Part shown: one piece after another, positions 52,901-64,000 of the stretch
How the letters are laid out: every line of letters begins with the position of its first letter
How positions within the stretch are numbered: position 1 is the first letter of the stretch
Origin: Leucoraja erinacea
Taxonomy: Eukaryota
DNA: 64,000 bases
Assembly (NCBI RefSeq): GCF_028641065.1
Contig: NC_073388.1
Location: forward strand, 56,668,001 to 56,732,000
Direction of reading: 5' to 3'
The notes under the pieces: model-generated
What the model was told of the DNA's origin: nothing
Database searches by the model: none
Seen by the model: the letters and a program-made list of their open reading frames with translations, nothing else
Program-made: the position numbers and the translations under genes

Positions 52901-53629
52901 CCTTTGTGGCTCACTGGGCTATCCTAGACATCTTGGATACACAAATATAAACAAACATCTTGGATACGAAACATATGCATTAGTACAAATATTTCTGCAG
53001 TAACAGCTTTGTAACCAGACACTGGCTCTGCCTGGTTTAATAATGGTTTGGCTGCTGAATCCTCCATGTCCACCTTGTGTTGAAGAAATGAGCAGACGAT
53101 TATTCAGAAACCACTGCACTAATTTAACATGTCCTTAATCCCTTAATCTATAAAGAAGATGGACTGAATGTTATAATTGCAACACTGTATTCATATTGCT
53201 TCAAATGTGAAACTGGCAATGAATCTGGAATTTCCATCTTTGAGTAGTTTAAAATAGAAGTCCAGATGCAGCAATAATGATACCAGCTTCAAAAGTAGCA
53301 ATCTTCCCCAATGCATGTTTCAAATGGTTCAAAATCTCAGGGTCCTTTGGAGATCCTTTACCATTGTAGTAACAAGTTTAGTTCCGCCAAGATACAACAC
53401 AGGACACCACAAGTGATCTGTTTTCTCTGTGGCTATCAAACTGTACAACTGCTCCCCCTTCAGTCATGAGGTAGACTGACTACCCCCCCCCCCCCCCCCC
53501 CCCTCCCAATCTTTGCACATCCCCAATGACTTCCCACTCATCACTTTAATGTCATGTATCTTGTTGTGTTTATGACTGTTGGCAGACTAATTTCCTTCTT
53601 GGTATAAATAAAGTTCTATCGCATTGTTC

Positions 53630-53932
53630 AGATTAGTTTAGAGATACAGCGTGGAAACAGGCCCTTCGGCCTGCCGAGTCCGCACCTACGAGTAATCCCT
53701 GTATACTAGCACTATCCTACACACTGGGGACAATTTACCATTTTACCTAAGCCAATTACCCTACAAAACGTGAAGTCTTTGGAGTGTGGGAGGAAACCGG
53801 AGCACCCGGAGAAAACCCATGCAGGTCATGGGGAGAATGTACAAACTCCGTACATACAGCACCCTTAGTCAGGCTGAAACCCGGGTCTCCGGCGCTGTAA
53901 GGCAGCAACTCTACCGCTGTGCCACTGTGACA
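53630..53932 (-). mobile_element. HE1-type V-SINE, preceded by a Rex1-like tail (~53410-53625, +)
   Basis: Complete tail, V domain and tRNA-like head. Confidence 0.87.
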
Positions 53933-54289
53933 ACTGCCAAGTGGTCAACTGGTTTGATTGAATGCTTGTGATATAAAGTAACAGCAGAGAGCACTGGATA
54001 GAGCAAAGACTATGAGACCAGACAAAGATAGGGAAGTATTATTTGAACAGAACAGGGCAATAGTGAGGCGACACTTGGAGAACTATGACCCCCTTATTTA
54101 AGAAAGGATATACTAGCATTGGATGGGAATACAAAAGAAGTTCACTGGCTCACCCTTCTGTGATTTTAGCTTAGCTTTTCCATATTCTCACAAGTTTGAC
54201 CTGTTGGGAGTGTCTTACAGCTCCGCATTTTGTAACATTTGGAGTCATAATTATACGTGCCTTTTGAAGCTAGTTGCATGTGCCTGCAG

Positions 54290-55060
54290 TTTCCCTATAT
54301 CCTTCGTAACCTTGCCTGTCCATGAACGTTCAATATGTATTTTAAAGTTGTAATTGTATCCCCCACCTTGAGCACTTCTTCAGACATCTTGTTCCATATA
54401 CCCACCAGCCTCCGTATGAGATTCTTGCCCCTCAGGCACTTTAAACCTATGCCCTCTTGTTTTAGACACCCCTCCACCAGGAAACACACTGTGGCCATCC
54501 GCCATGTATTTTTACAAATGAAAATCATGAGGTTTATACATCATTTTATAAACCTCTATGAGGTCACCCCTCTGTCTTCTTTGATTCAAGGGAAATAGCC
54601 CCAAGCTATCAAATATAACTGAACCTTCCTGTCCCAACAACTTCACTGTGGATTGCTTCTGCTCTCTGTAGCTTCATCACATCCTTCTATGTGTAGCAGT
54701 CGACCTGAACAGTCTCACCAACCTGTTGTACAGTCCCTACTCTCATACTTAATACTCCATTCAATAAAGGCAAGTGTGGCATATACCTTCCTCACCCATC
54801 TTGTCTACCTGTGTCAACGAGCTATGTACCTGTAGCTTTTGTCTCCCTGTTCTATTACATTCCTCAGGGTCCCGCCATTCACTGCATACATCCTGCCCTG
54901 CTGTATCTTCCCAAAATACAACAGCTCACACTTGTCTGAGTTGAATTCAAGCGGTCAATCCTTTGATCACTTCCCCAGCTGAACAAGATCTTATCGTGAC
55001 CTGAGCTGTCATCATACATCCACGACACCACCTATCTTGGTATCACCCACAAGCCAATTG
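54290..55060 (-). mobile_element. Old CR1 LINE remnant
   Basis: RRLVGIWNKMSEEVL remnant, and ctcacacttgtctgagttgaattc (EFNSDKCE on -). Confidence 0.65.
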
Positions 55061-55461
55061 ATCATTCTCATTTTATGTTCCTTTAGTTTGTGTTCTCATT
55101 ACTCTCATAGGTTGTATATTATTTTGTGTAGATTCCATCGTCATTGTGCAGATAGCCATTGAGTGGAGAACCATCAATTCCAATGGCAATCAGTACTATT
55201 CCCTTCATCCTGTCCATCCACCTCACACAACCCCACCCAGCCTCCCTCTCTGCAATCTTTCTCTCATTCCCATTTGATAAAGATCCTTCAACCTGACATA
55301 TGAACTGCCTTTCTTTCCACAAACGCTGCCTGATCTATTCAATGTCTCTGCCAGTCATCGACTCCATTTTTTCACAGTTGCCTGCATTTGTTCCCATATA
55401 CGAAGCTTAGGAAATTCCACAATAGCATTAAAAGCTGAAATCCACTGAACTGCCATTCTGT

Positions 55462-55930
55462 TCATAAGGCCATAAGTGACAGGAACAGAATTAGGCCATT
55501 CGGCCCATCAAATCTACCCCGCCATTCAATCATGGCTGATCTATCTTTCTCTCCTAACCCCATTCTCCTGTCTTTTCCCCATAACCTCTGACACCTGTAC
55601 TAATCAAAAATCTATCTATCTTTGCCTTAAAAATATCCACTGTCTTGGCCTCCACTGCCTTCTGTGGCAAAGAATTCCACAGGTTCACCACTCACTGACT
55701 AAAGAAATGTCTCCTCATCTCCTTCCCAAAAAAATGTCCTTTAGTTCTGAGGCTATGATCTTTAGTCCTAGACTCTCCCACTAGTGGAATCATCCTCTCC
55801 ACATCCATTCTATCCAGGTCTTTCACTATTCTGTATGTTTCAATGAGGTCCATCCTCATTCTTCTAAACTCCAGCAAGTACAGGCCCAGTACAGGCCGAC
55901 AAACACTCATCATGGGTTAACCTACTCATT
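55462..55930 (-). mobile_element. CR1 LINE 3' fragment
   Basis: LGLYLLEFRRMRMDLIETY...ESRTKDHSL. Confidence 0.88.
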
Positions 55931-58900
55931 CCTTTTTACAAGTTCCTTACATTTGATGCTGACCATTCGTGAAGATAGCACGTTGTCCATTCTCCTCTCA
56001 AGGGCAACTTGTTGCTGGAATCATCCCACTGCCCTTGAGGAGGAATAGTGGATGATCAGCAAAGAAACAGGACTGTTGCTCCCTGTCACACACTAAGTGC
56101 ACTGCTTGCTTGATTCACACAGTTGAGAAGTGTTGCATTAAACTAGCTGCATGACGTTTGCAAGTGCTACCTCAATGTGATGCTGTAACTGTGACAACTG
56201 ATGTGTCTGAGGTGACCAAGATAATTTGTCATCATTAAATTTCAAGGCTGTCGTTACCTTCAAAGCCAGTGATAAAACCTCAGCATGGAATAACCTTGCC
56301 TCATCAAGGATGCAACAAGGTGCTAGGCGATGTGGGTGACATGTTCATTTTTCAATCAAATGAACAAGTATGGCTGTAACCACCAAAGTCAGCACTGCTG
56401 TTAACTTCCAGTCATAGTCACCCACTGAATAAGATTTATTTTTCTACAAGGAGCCAAGGAGACATTTTGTGCATAATGGTCCATTATCACTTCAGCCATC
56501 CCAAATGGCAGCAAGACAAGGCTAATATATTACGTGTTTTCAAAGGTCACGGAGATGTCATCCACATTGTAATGCACAACCAATGATTTCCTCAGTAGAT
56601 AGGAATGATATCCTCTCATAGTTCAACACAAAAAAAAATCAAATCTAGTAATAGAAATCCTTCAGCAAAAATATGAAGAGGTTGTTACAGTATGCTTGTT
56701 GTAGGAAATTCCCATTTCCCATATTTATTCATGGAACACAATGTATTGGCAGAATAGCTTCTATGATCCTGGCACCATTTCAAAATCCAATCCCAGCAGT
56801 AGATCTTGGCTTGAACAAAAGCCAAACGTTCACTAGGCAGGTCATTGAAAAGGCCATCGGATGATCTTATTAGGCCAGAAGGGGCTGAGCAAAGCATGGT
56901 ATCCCAGATGCATGTTGTACTCTTCAAAGGATCACATTGTAAGACCAAGTGATGGGATGACTGCAGGAGATAGTACTGTTGGCCTGCAGCACCCACTGAC
57001 GGTCAATACTTCAATTAGTTTTTTCACGTTTTATGCCAGAACCGTTTTTTACCTGAAGCTCTAATTAACCTCCCTCCTTTCAACTCAATCCTGCCCTCTA
57101 CAAACACCTTGAGTCATTAATAAACAAGGACCGCCTCAGAAGACCTGACAAAATGGAACGTTATTTTCATTTTGCTTCAGTTTCAGTTCAGTTTATTGCC
57201 ACGTGTACTGAGGGTTCAGTGAAAAGCTTTTGTGCTATTCAGTCAGCAGAAAGACAGTACATGATTACAATCGATCCATTTACAGTGTAGAGATACATAC
57301 AATATGATACGATACAACTTTATTTATCCCAGGAGGGAAATTGATCTGCCAACAGTCATAAAACAAAAGAAACATGAAATTCAAGTGACTGGAAAGGATT
57401 GGGAATGTGCAAAGATTGGGAAGCGAGGGGGGAGACAACATCCCAATCTCTGCTCTAAAAAAGGCTCTTGGGAGAGAGTTGGCTGTCAACTCATGTGACT
57501 GAGCATTGGGCCGGCTGCAAAACCAGTGCATGTACGTACTTCTGCCCTGTATCTGACCTGCTCTTTAAATAGCTTAACCAGAGACTAACTGAGAGGACTG
57601 AACTGTCCTGTAATTATGTGCAAAGTAGTTTTACTTTGGTCAGTCCCAGCTCAGCCTCTGTAACTTAGTTTGGGATCAGAAGTCCCCAATGGGCAGATAC
57701 AATGGTCCAAATAACAGACAATGTCATTGTTATGAGTAGCTAAAGAGAGCCAAAATGTTGAGTTATTATCACTATCTTGGTCATCCACCTGTAATTAGGT
57801 CTGCAGTAAGTTATGGATACCACACAATGACTTCAACACAGCTCGCTAGTCAAAAAATGAGTCTTGGGCTGCTCTAGTACTCAATATCATGACTGAAATT
57901 TTACATCCATTCCACCTTTTCACCCTACCCCAAAACTCTTTCATTTCCCATCTCTTACACATGCAAACTAGATGCCAATGGAATTAAAGGCCTTGTGATT
58001 CATGTGAGAGGCAATGCATGTGTCGGAATATGGTCTGCACAAAATTGAGAGTTTGTTATGGTGCACATTCTGGTTTTCTGAGAGCTTTACATCTAATTTT
58101 ACTTCGGAGTCACGTGACGCATGCGTGTCATATCGCTTTCACGCTTGCGAAACGACAGGCGGGGTGGAGCGTTCCCCCGCAGCGGTAAGTTTGAAACCGC
58201 GACCTGCAGGTAAGTGATTTACTCTGCGGTAGTTTTTGTCCCCGCGCTGTTTTACACAGGGGGGGGGGGGGAAGCTGGACAAAATAGTGTCCACAAGTGC
58301 TGCGAGTGAAGCTGGCTGGGGAGGACCGCAAAGTTGCGGGAGCCAGCAGCAGCTGAAGGCACAAGGTAAGGGATCAGCTGTGCCGACTTTTGGCCCCGCG
58401 CCGGCCAGAACACCACGGCCGGGCGGGAGACTATTCAGAATGGGGCCATCGACTTTTGACAAGTCGATAACGGCAGGAGGCGGGGTGGAACGACGTTCCC
58501 CCGTAGCGACAATTTAAACCAGGACCTGCAGGTAAGAACTGCGGTCTTTTTGTGTTTTCCCATGCTGATTACAGGTGGAGAAGACAAGGTCTGCGACAAA
58601 GCTGGTGAGGGAGGACCGTGGAGCAGCGGGCAGCCAGCAGCAGCCAGCGGCACTTGGATCACCGATAGTGGAATCAGCTGTGCCCGACGTCGCCTCCGCA
58701 CTGGCCAGATCCACGCAGGCGGGTGGAAAGGCTAGACACAAAACAAACAAGGTCGTGGACTCGGAGGAGTCCGACTTTGAACAACCGCGGGCTGCCAGCG
58801 ACCGAGAGCGCTGGAGCCGGATGGAGCGGTGTATGGAGCATTTGCTCCAACGTGACAGACTCCGGGAGATGGAGTCGGGTCACTGTGGGCCCTATGATAA

Positions 58901-59341
58901 ACCCACAGCAGTACCTCTTGAAGGGCTGCACAGTGCTTCTACCTCATCAGAGGGGAGCACTGCGGGTCAGTTCTGGGCTGACCTGGAAGAGGGGTCCGCA
59001 GAAGGAAAGACAAGAATGCAAGGGGTGCAGGAACAAGAGAACCTACTGGACTAGTAAAACGGACCTCCAATGCCAACCAAACCGAAAATCCAGACACCAG
59101 CGCAACAACAGCAGCGAAGAACCTACAAAAAGAAGTAAACCTGCCACTGGTAACTATGGAGGTAGGTGGGTCTGGTTCCCTACAAAATACGGGGAGCATG
59201 GAGGTTGGGTGGAGATTATCCTCTTTTCTGAATGCATGGAGCATGTTAACAACCGATACTTACATCTTAAGCAGTATCCAGGGATATACAATAGAGTTTA
59301 AACACAAGTACAGCCCTCCAGTTTAACATATACCGAACCGA

Positions 59342-60127
59342 ATGTTCGTGCTTTCTGAAAAAGAAAAATCAAAAGCGCAAGCTGAACTGGAGCGGCTTTA
59401 CGCAAAAGGTGTAATTGAGAAAACTCAACACGAACCATTAGAATTTGTGTCCAATATATTTACCAAAAACAAAAAAGATGGTGGTTGTCGCATCATCATT
59501 ATATTCACTTCAAAATGGAAACCTTTGTTACTGCTAAACAATTGATTTCCAAAGGTTACTTCATGGCTAGCATCGATTAAACAATGCTTACTATTCAGTG
59601 CCTATATGAGGTGACCACAGATGTTACTTAAAATTCAACTGGATGGGACAGCATTGGCAGTATAAAGCACTGCCAAATGGGTTATCATCGGCCCCCGGCT
59701 GTTCACAAAAATTTTGAAATCAGCCCTAGCGTTTCTACGGAAACGTAAACACATGGTCATGGCATATTTCGATGACATACTCATTGTGGGCAAAACTTTG
59801 GAATTGGCCAAACAAACTGTAACAGCCACAAAACAGTTATTTGAAAAACTGGGATTTATTATCCATCCAGTTAAATCTAAACTAACGCCTTCCACTACTA
59901 TGGACTATTTGGGTTTCACCATTGACTCAGTTCACATGTCGGTGACTCTGCCCAAGGGAAAGGCTAGAGATTTAATAGAGGCTTGCAATAACCTCATTGA
60001 CATCAGCAAACCATCCATCAGATTGGTAGCAAAAGTAATTGGCAAAATGGTGGCTGCCTTTACAGCCACACAATTTGGACCTCTACATTACCAAAACTTA
60101 CAGAGAGCCAAAATACAAGCACTCTAA
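59342..60127 (+). pseudogene. DIRS reverse transcriptase (frameshifts and stops)
   Basis: FVSNIFTKNKKDGGCRII, LPNG..PRLFTK, AYFDDILI, LGFIIHPVKS, YLGFTIDS. Confidence 0.92.
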
Positions 60128-60154
60128 ATTAATGCAGGTCACTTTGACAGACCT

Positions 60155-60912
60155 ATGAAACTACCAATCAAAGCTAAAATTGAACTAAAATGGTGGATAG
60201 ATAACATCTGGCTTTGTTCCAATCCAATCATTGTCAGAAACCCTTCCATGGTACTACAAACTGATGCCAGTGCACTTGGTTGGGGTGCCACCAATACCAT
60301 CACCAGCTGTGGAGGTAGATGGACTGCTCAGGAGGCATCATTATTACTCACACTGGGCATAAACTACCTGGAAAGGTTGGGTGCATTCCATGGCCTAAAG
60401 TCATATTGTTCTGGGTTATATCACCAGCATGTTAGACTACAGATAGACAATACCACCGTGGTAGCATACATTAACCACATGGGTGGAAACAAATCAACAT
60501 CATGTGACAATCTGGCTAATACAATTTGGCAATGGTGTATCCAGAGAGATATTTGGATATCAGCCACTTACCTACCAGGAAGACTAAATTTAGTGGCAGA
60601 CACCAGGTCACGCAAATTTAATGAAAACACCGAATGGATGTTGAATAAAAAAGTATTTGCTGATATTACAGCAACATATGGAACACCAGATATCGATCTA
60701 TTCGCATCCAGACTTAACCACCAGTTATCAAATTATGTTTCATGGGAACCAGACCCTGGGGCCGTGGCGACAGATGCATTTTCGCTGCATTGGGGGAAAT
60801 TGTTTATTTACGCATTCCCTCCTTTCTGCCTCATCAGTCGGGTATTAAGGAAAATACAACAAGACTCTGGGTCTGGTATTTTGGTAGTACCCGATTGGCC
60901 TACTCAACAATG
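60155..60912 (+). pseudogene. DIRS RNase H plus N6-adenine methyltransferase-like domain
   Basis: LQTDASALGWGA, INYLE, DNTTVVAYINHMGG, NLVAD; then PDIDLFAS...DAF...YAFPPF...VPDWPTQ. Confidence 0.9.
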
Positions 60913-60914
60913 GA

Positions 60915-61790
60915 AGACAGTCAACCAAAAAACAGTATCTGGTCTATATCAGGAAGTGGGAGATGTACTGCCATAAAAACAACATCACCTACAAAGACAC
61001 GAACATCCCGTCTGTTCTGGAATATCTGGCAGGCCTCCACTATGACGAGGGGCTCAGTTATAGTGCCATCAACTGTGCCAGAAGTGGCCTATCGACTTAC
61101 CTATGGCAGGGGACAGAGCGTTACACTGTTGGGACTCACCCACTGGTAACAAAACTTATGAGGGGAATTTTTAATACTAATCCCCCAAGAACCAGGTATT
61201 CCCAAATATAGGATGTAAGTATTGTCCTGAAGATGCTCAGGAATTGGTCTCCAGCAACAGCTCTGCCCCTACACAGACTGACATTAAAAACAGTCATGCT
61301 AATGGCATTGGTCACGGCACAGACGGTACAGTCACTGCATAAACTAAGACTGGACAACATGACTTCCTCAACAGAAAATATTACGTTTCATATCTATGAG
61401 TTAGTAAAGCAGAACAGACAGGGATCAGCAGGCCTCAATATATAATTTAGGTCATACCCAACAGATGACCGTCTGTGTATAGTAAGACATCTGTCGTTAT
61501 ACATGGAGAAAACGAAAATCCTAAGAGGCAATGAGAAGGCACTTTTTGGTCAGCCACAAGCAACCACACAAAAGAGTGACAGTCCAGATCATCTCAAGAT
61601 GGCTGAAACAGGTGCTAACACAGGCTGGGGTGGATACTAATATTTTTAAATCTCATTCCACCAGGGCTGCAGCTACATCGGCAGCGATACAGTTGGATGT
61701 ACCAATGGACCAAATCCTCAAGGCAGCAGAATGGTCTGGGGGGAAAAAACATTCCAATTATTTTACAACAAACCTGTAATGAAACCTGGA
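60915..61790 (+). pseudogene. DIRS tyrosine recombinase (disrupted)
   Basis: RQSTKKQY..YIRKW, LSYSAINCARSGLS, HPLVTKLMRGIFN, LTLKTVMLMAL, ISRWLK, HSTRAAATS. Several stops and frameshifts. Confidence 0.92.
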
Positions 61791-62003
61791 ACGTTTGCAG
61801 AAACAATTTTAAGTTTTATAAATTAATTTAAACCCATAAAAAGGGGTTATAATTTTGTGTTAATAAATGTTATGATTTCAATGTCGAATTCATGTCCAAA
61901 TTATGTTAACACAATTCCTCCTACAGTCATCAAGGCAGATGTGATGCATGGACTCGTTTCCACGGCATGAAATCACAGAGCTTTAAAATCTTCACGTAGT
62001 CAC

Positions 62004-62303
62004 TCACGTGACTCCGAAGTGAAATAGTAAGATTAAACGAGAACTTACCAGTTTGAAGTTTGATCTGTATTTTATGAGGAGTTACGATGAGGGATTATGT
62101 GCCCTCCGCTCCCACCCTGATCATATCTCTTCTCTAATCTTACCATGTTTAGTCATTACAGTTATCTGTGATTTCACACCGTTGCTTTGAAGAATGACAC
62201 GCATGCGTCGTGGCGGGCTTCTTCACGTAATCCCTCATCGTAACTACTCATAAAATACAGATCAAACTTCAAACTGGTAAGTTCTCGTTTAATCTTACTA
62301 TTT
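62004..62303. repeat. DIRS ICR / right-end inverted repeat
   Basis: 62022-62101 is the reverse complement of 62224-62303 (78/80). 62004-62024 is the reverse complement of 58097-58117 (20/21). Confidence 0.95.
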
Positions 62304-62474
62304 TGTTCATCTACCTTTTCACATTTACAAATACATATTCCCTTGAATTTTCAAAGGTACATTTTTTAGATAAATAATTGCACTAAAACTCTGTTAATTA
62401 TTACAATATATTTCCTTAAGACATAAAATTGGATGTAAAATTATAATCAATACCTCATCAATCTTTGGTCTAGG

Positions 62475-62850
62475 TACATATAGATACATAGAAAATAGTT
62501 GCAAGCCATTGGGCCCATCGAGCCAGCACCGCCATTTAATGTGATCATGGCTGATAATCCACAATCAGTACCCCGTTCCTGCTCCCCAAATCCCTTGATT
62601 CCGTTAGCCCTAAGAGCTCTATTTAACTCTCTTTTGGATGCGTCCAGTGAATAGGCCTCCACTGCCTTCTGAGGTAGAGAATTCCACAGATTCACAACTC
62701 TCTGGGTGAAAAGGTTTTTCCTCATCTCAGTTCCAAATGGCCTGCCCCTTATTCTTAAACTGTTGCCCCTGGTTCTGGACTCCCCCAACATCGGGAACAT
62801 CTTTCCTGCATCTAGCTTGTCCAATCCCTAAATTATTTTATATGTCAATG
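62475..62850 (-). mobile_element. CR1 LINE 3' fragment
   Basis: ORF 62447-62824: GESRTRGNSLRI...FTQRVVNLWNSLP. Confidence 0.9.
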
Positions 62851-62859
62851 GAATGGTGG

Positions 62860-63300
62860 AATTTTATATGTGATGTTCTGGGCTACGTCCACAACTCTCA
62901 TGCATGGATGGAGCTGTTCCCAAACCAGGTTGTGATGCATCCCAATAGATGCTTTCTACACTGCATCTGTAGAGGTTGATGAGGTGTTGGGGATATGCCA
63001 AACTTCCTGGTGAATGTCAAGGCCATTTAACGGTAGTCATTCAGGCATGAGATCTTGCATTTCTTTGGATGATGTAGTGTTTTTGAAGCAGATGGGTACC
63101 TCAGGACAGAGTAGAGAGAGATTAAAGTTGTCCGTGAATACTCCCGCTAGTTGGTCTAACACAGTTAATAATGACACGGATAGCATTCCATCCAGTTGCT
63201 TTCTGTGGGTTCACCGTCAGGAAGGCCAAACTAACTTCTGCAACATTGATCCTGGGAACAAGCACATTGGAGTCTGGTGGGACCAATATCGTCTAGACTT
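62860..63300 (-). mobile_element. Decayed Rex1/Babar-like fragments
   Basis: On -: LAFLTVNPQKATG and LAGVFTDNFNLSL remnants. Confidence 0.65.
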
Positions 63301-63794
63301 CTGCTGAATGCATTGTTCAGCAGGGACGGCCATACTATTGCCAACAATGCTGCCTGACTTCACTTTGTATTAGAGTATTCAAGGCTTGCCACAGTCGGTG
63401 GGTGATTACACTGAACTCAAGATTGCTCCGCTATTGTCTTTTGGCCTTCCTGTTCCTTCTTTACTTGTTTTGGGTAAACATACAAATGGAGACTTTTATC
63501 AGATGATACGAGAAAGGCAAATGATTATTACTGACACAGTGCTGGAGTTGATCCTGAGACATTTAGGTTCTTTGTCTCCAATATCAGATCCCCAGCCGTG
63601 ACCCTTTGAAGCCTGTGAATGGCAAATGCAGACCCACACATGCAACTTCAAGTTCTAGCGACAGAATATTTTGAATTCCTGGGAACTTGTTAGGTTTCAT
63701 GATTTATATTTCATAATCTGTTGAAATCCAGAAAATCCCAACGTTTTCTGACATGCAGAATGACCCAGAAAGACAAAATAAATTGGTGGCCATT

Positions 63795-64000
63795 AGATTC
63801 AGATTCAGATTCCGATTCAGATTCAATTTTAATTGTCATTGTCAGTGTACAGTACAGAGACAACGAAATGCATTTAGCATCTCCCTTGAAGAGCGACATA
63901 GCAAACGATTTTAATAAAAAATAATAAGTGGGGGGGTGGTGATTGGCAGTCACCGAGGTACGTTGTTGAGTAGAGTGACAGCCGCCGGAAAGAAGCTGTT
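63795..64000 (-). mobile_element. Rex1/Babar-like 3' end with (GATTCA)n tail, runs off the window
   Basis: (agattc)n at ~63795-63824, then ttttaattgtcattg. On -: NSFFPAAVTLLN. Confidence 0.75.

Larger units (their letters stand above)
58097..62303 (+). mobile_element. DIRS1-type tyrosine-recombinase retrotransposon (decayed, termini preserved)
   Basis: Order: gag-like, RT, RNase H, MTase-like, YR. Short ITR (gacgcatgcgtgtcat 58116-58131 / 62194-62209). Internal complementary region 62004-62101 matches both termini. ATTTT at both junctions. Confidence 0.95.

Noticed and set aside
52927-52970. Short direct repeats (acatcttggatac x2; also accagtcccctatca x2 at ~28956-28996) as an array
   Set aside because: Only two units each, so simple local duplications rather than CRISPR-like arrays.
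28900-58000. OPHN1 coding exons on the minus strand, expected from synteny
   Set aside because: No recognisable OPHN1 peptide found. Acceptor-like sites near 50727 and 47888 (-) give no convincing match.
60620-61790. Bacterial/phage methyltransferase plus integrase (contamination or HGT)
   Set aside because: Both domains are normal parts of DIRS1 retrotransposons and sit within its termini.

Overview
Eukaryotic (vertebrate) DNA. The AR sequence and the HE1/V-SINE plus HER1-type CR1 repeat landscape point to a cartilaginous fish, probably a skate or ray (inference). The only host gene I can support is the 3' end of the androgen receptor (+ strand): ligand-binding-domain exons 6, 7 and 8 (8004-8134, 13850-14007, 16601-16756), followed by a long, almost repeat-free AT-rich putative 3' UTR. 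Most of the rest is transposable elements: CR1/HER1, L2, Rex1/Babar and Vingi-like LINE fragments, HE1-type V-SINEs, Penelope-like elements and short hammerhead-ribozyme-bearing derivatives, a Tc2/pogo-type non-autonomous DNA transposon, and a structurally near-complete but decayed ~4.2 kb DIRS1-type tyrosine-recombinase retrotransposon (58097-62303). Most notable: (1) a CR1 LINE inserted inside the AR exon 7 splice acceptor, between the pyrimidine tract and the AG; (2) ~100-130 nt TSD-flanked hammerhead mini-elements, one in sense orientation in the putative AR 3' UTR; (3) Ser at the position of human AR T877; (4) a GC-rich SINE-like family with conserved hairpins. Family names come from my recall of consensus sequences, not a database search, and the boundaries of old repeats are approximate.
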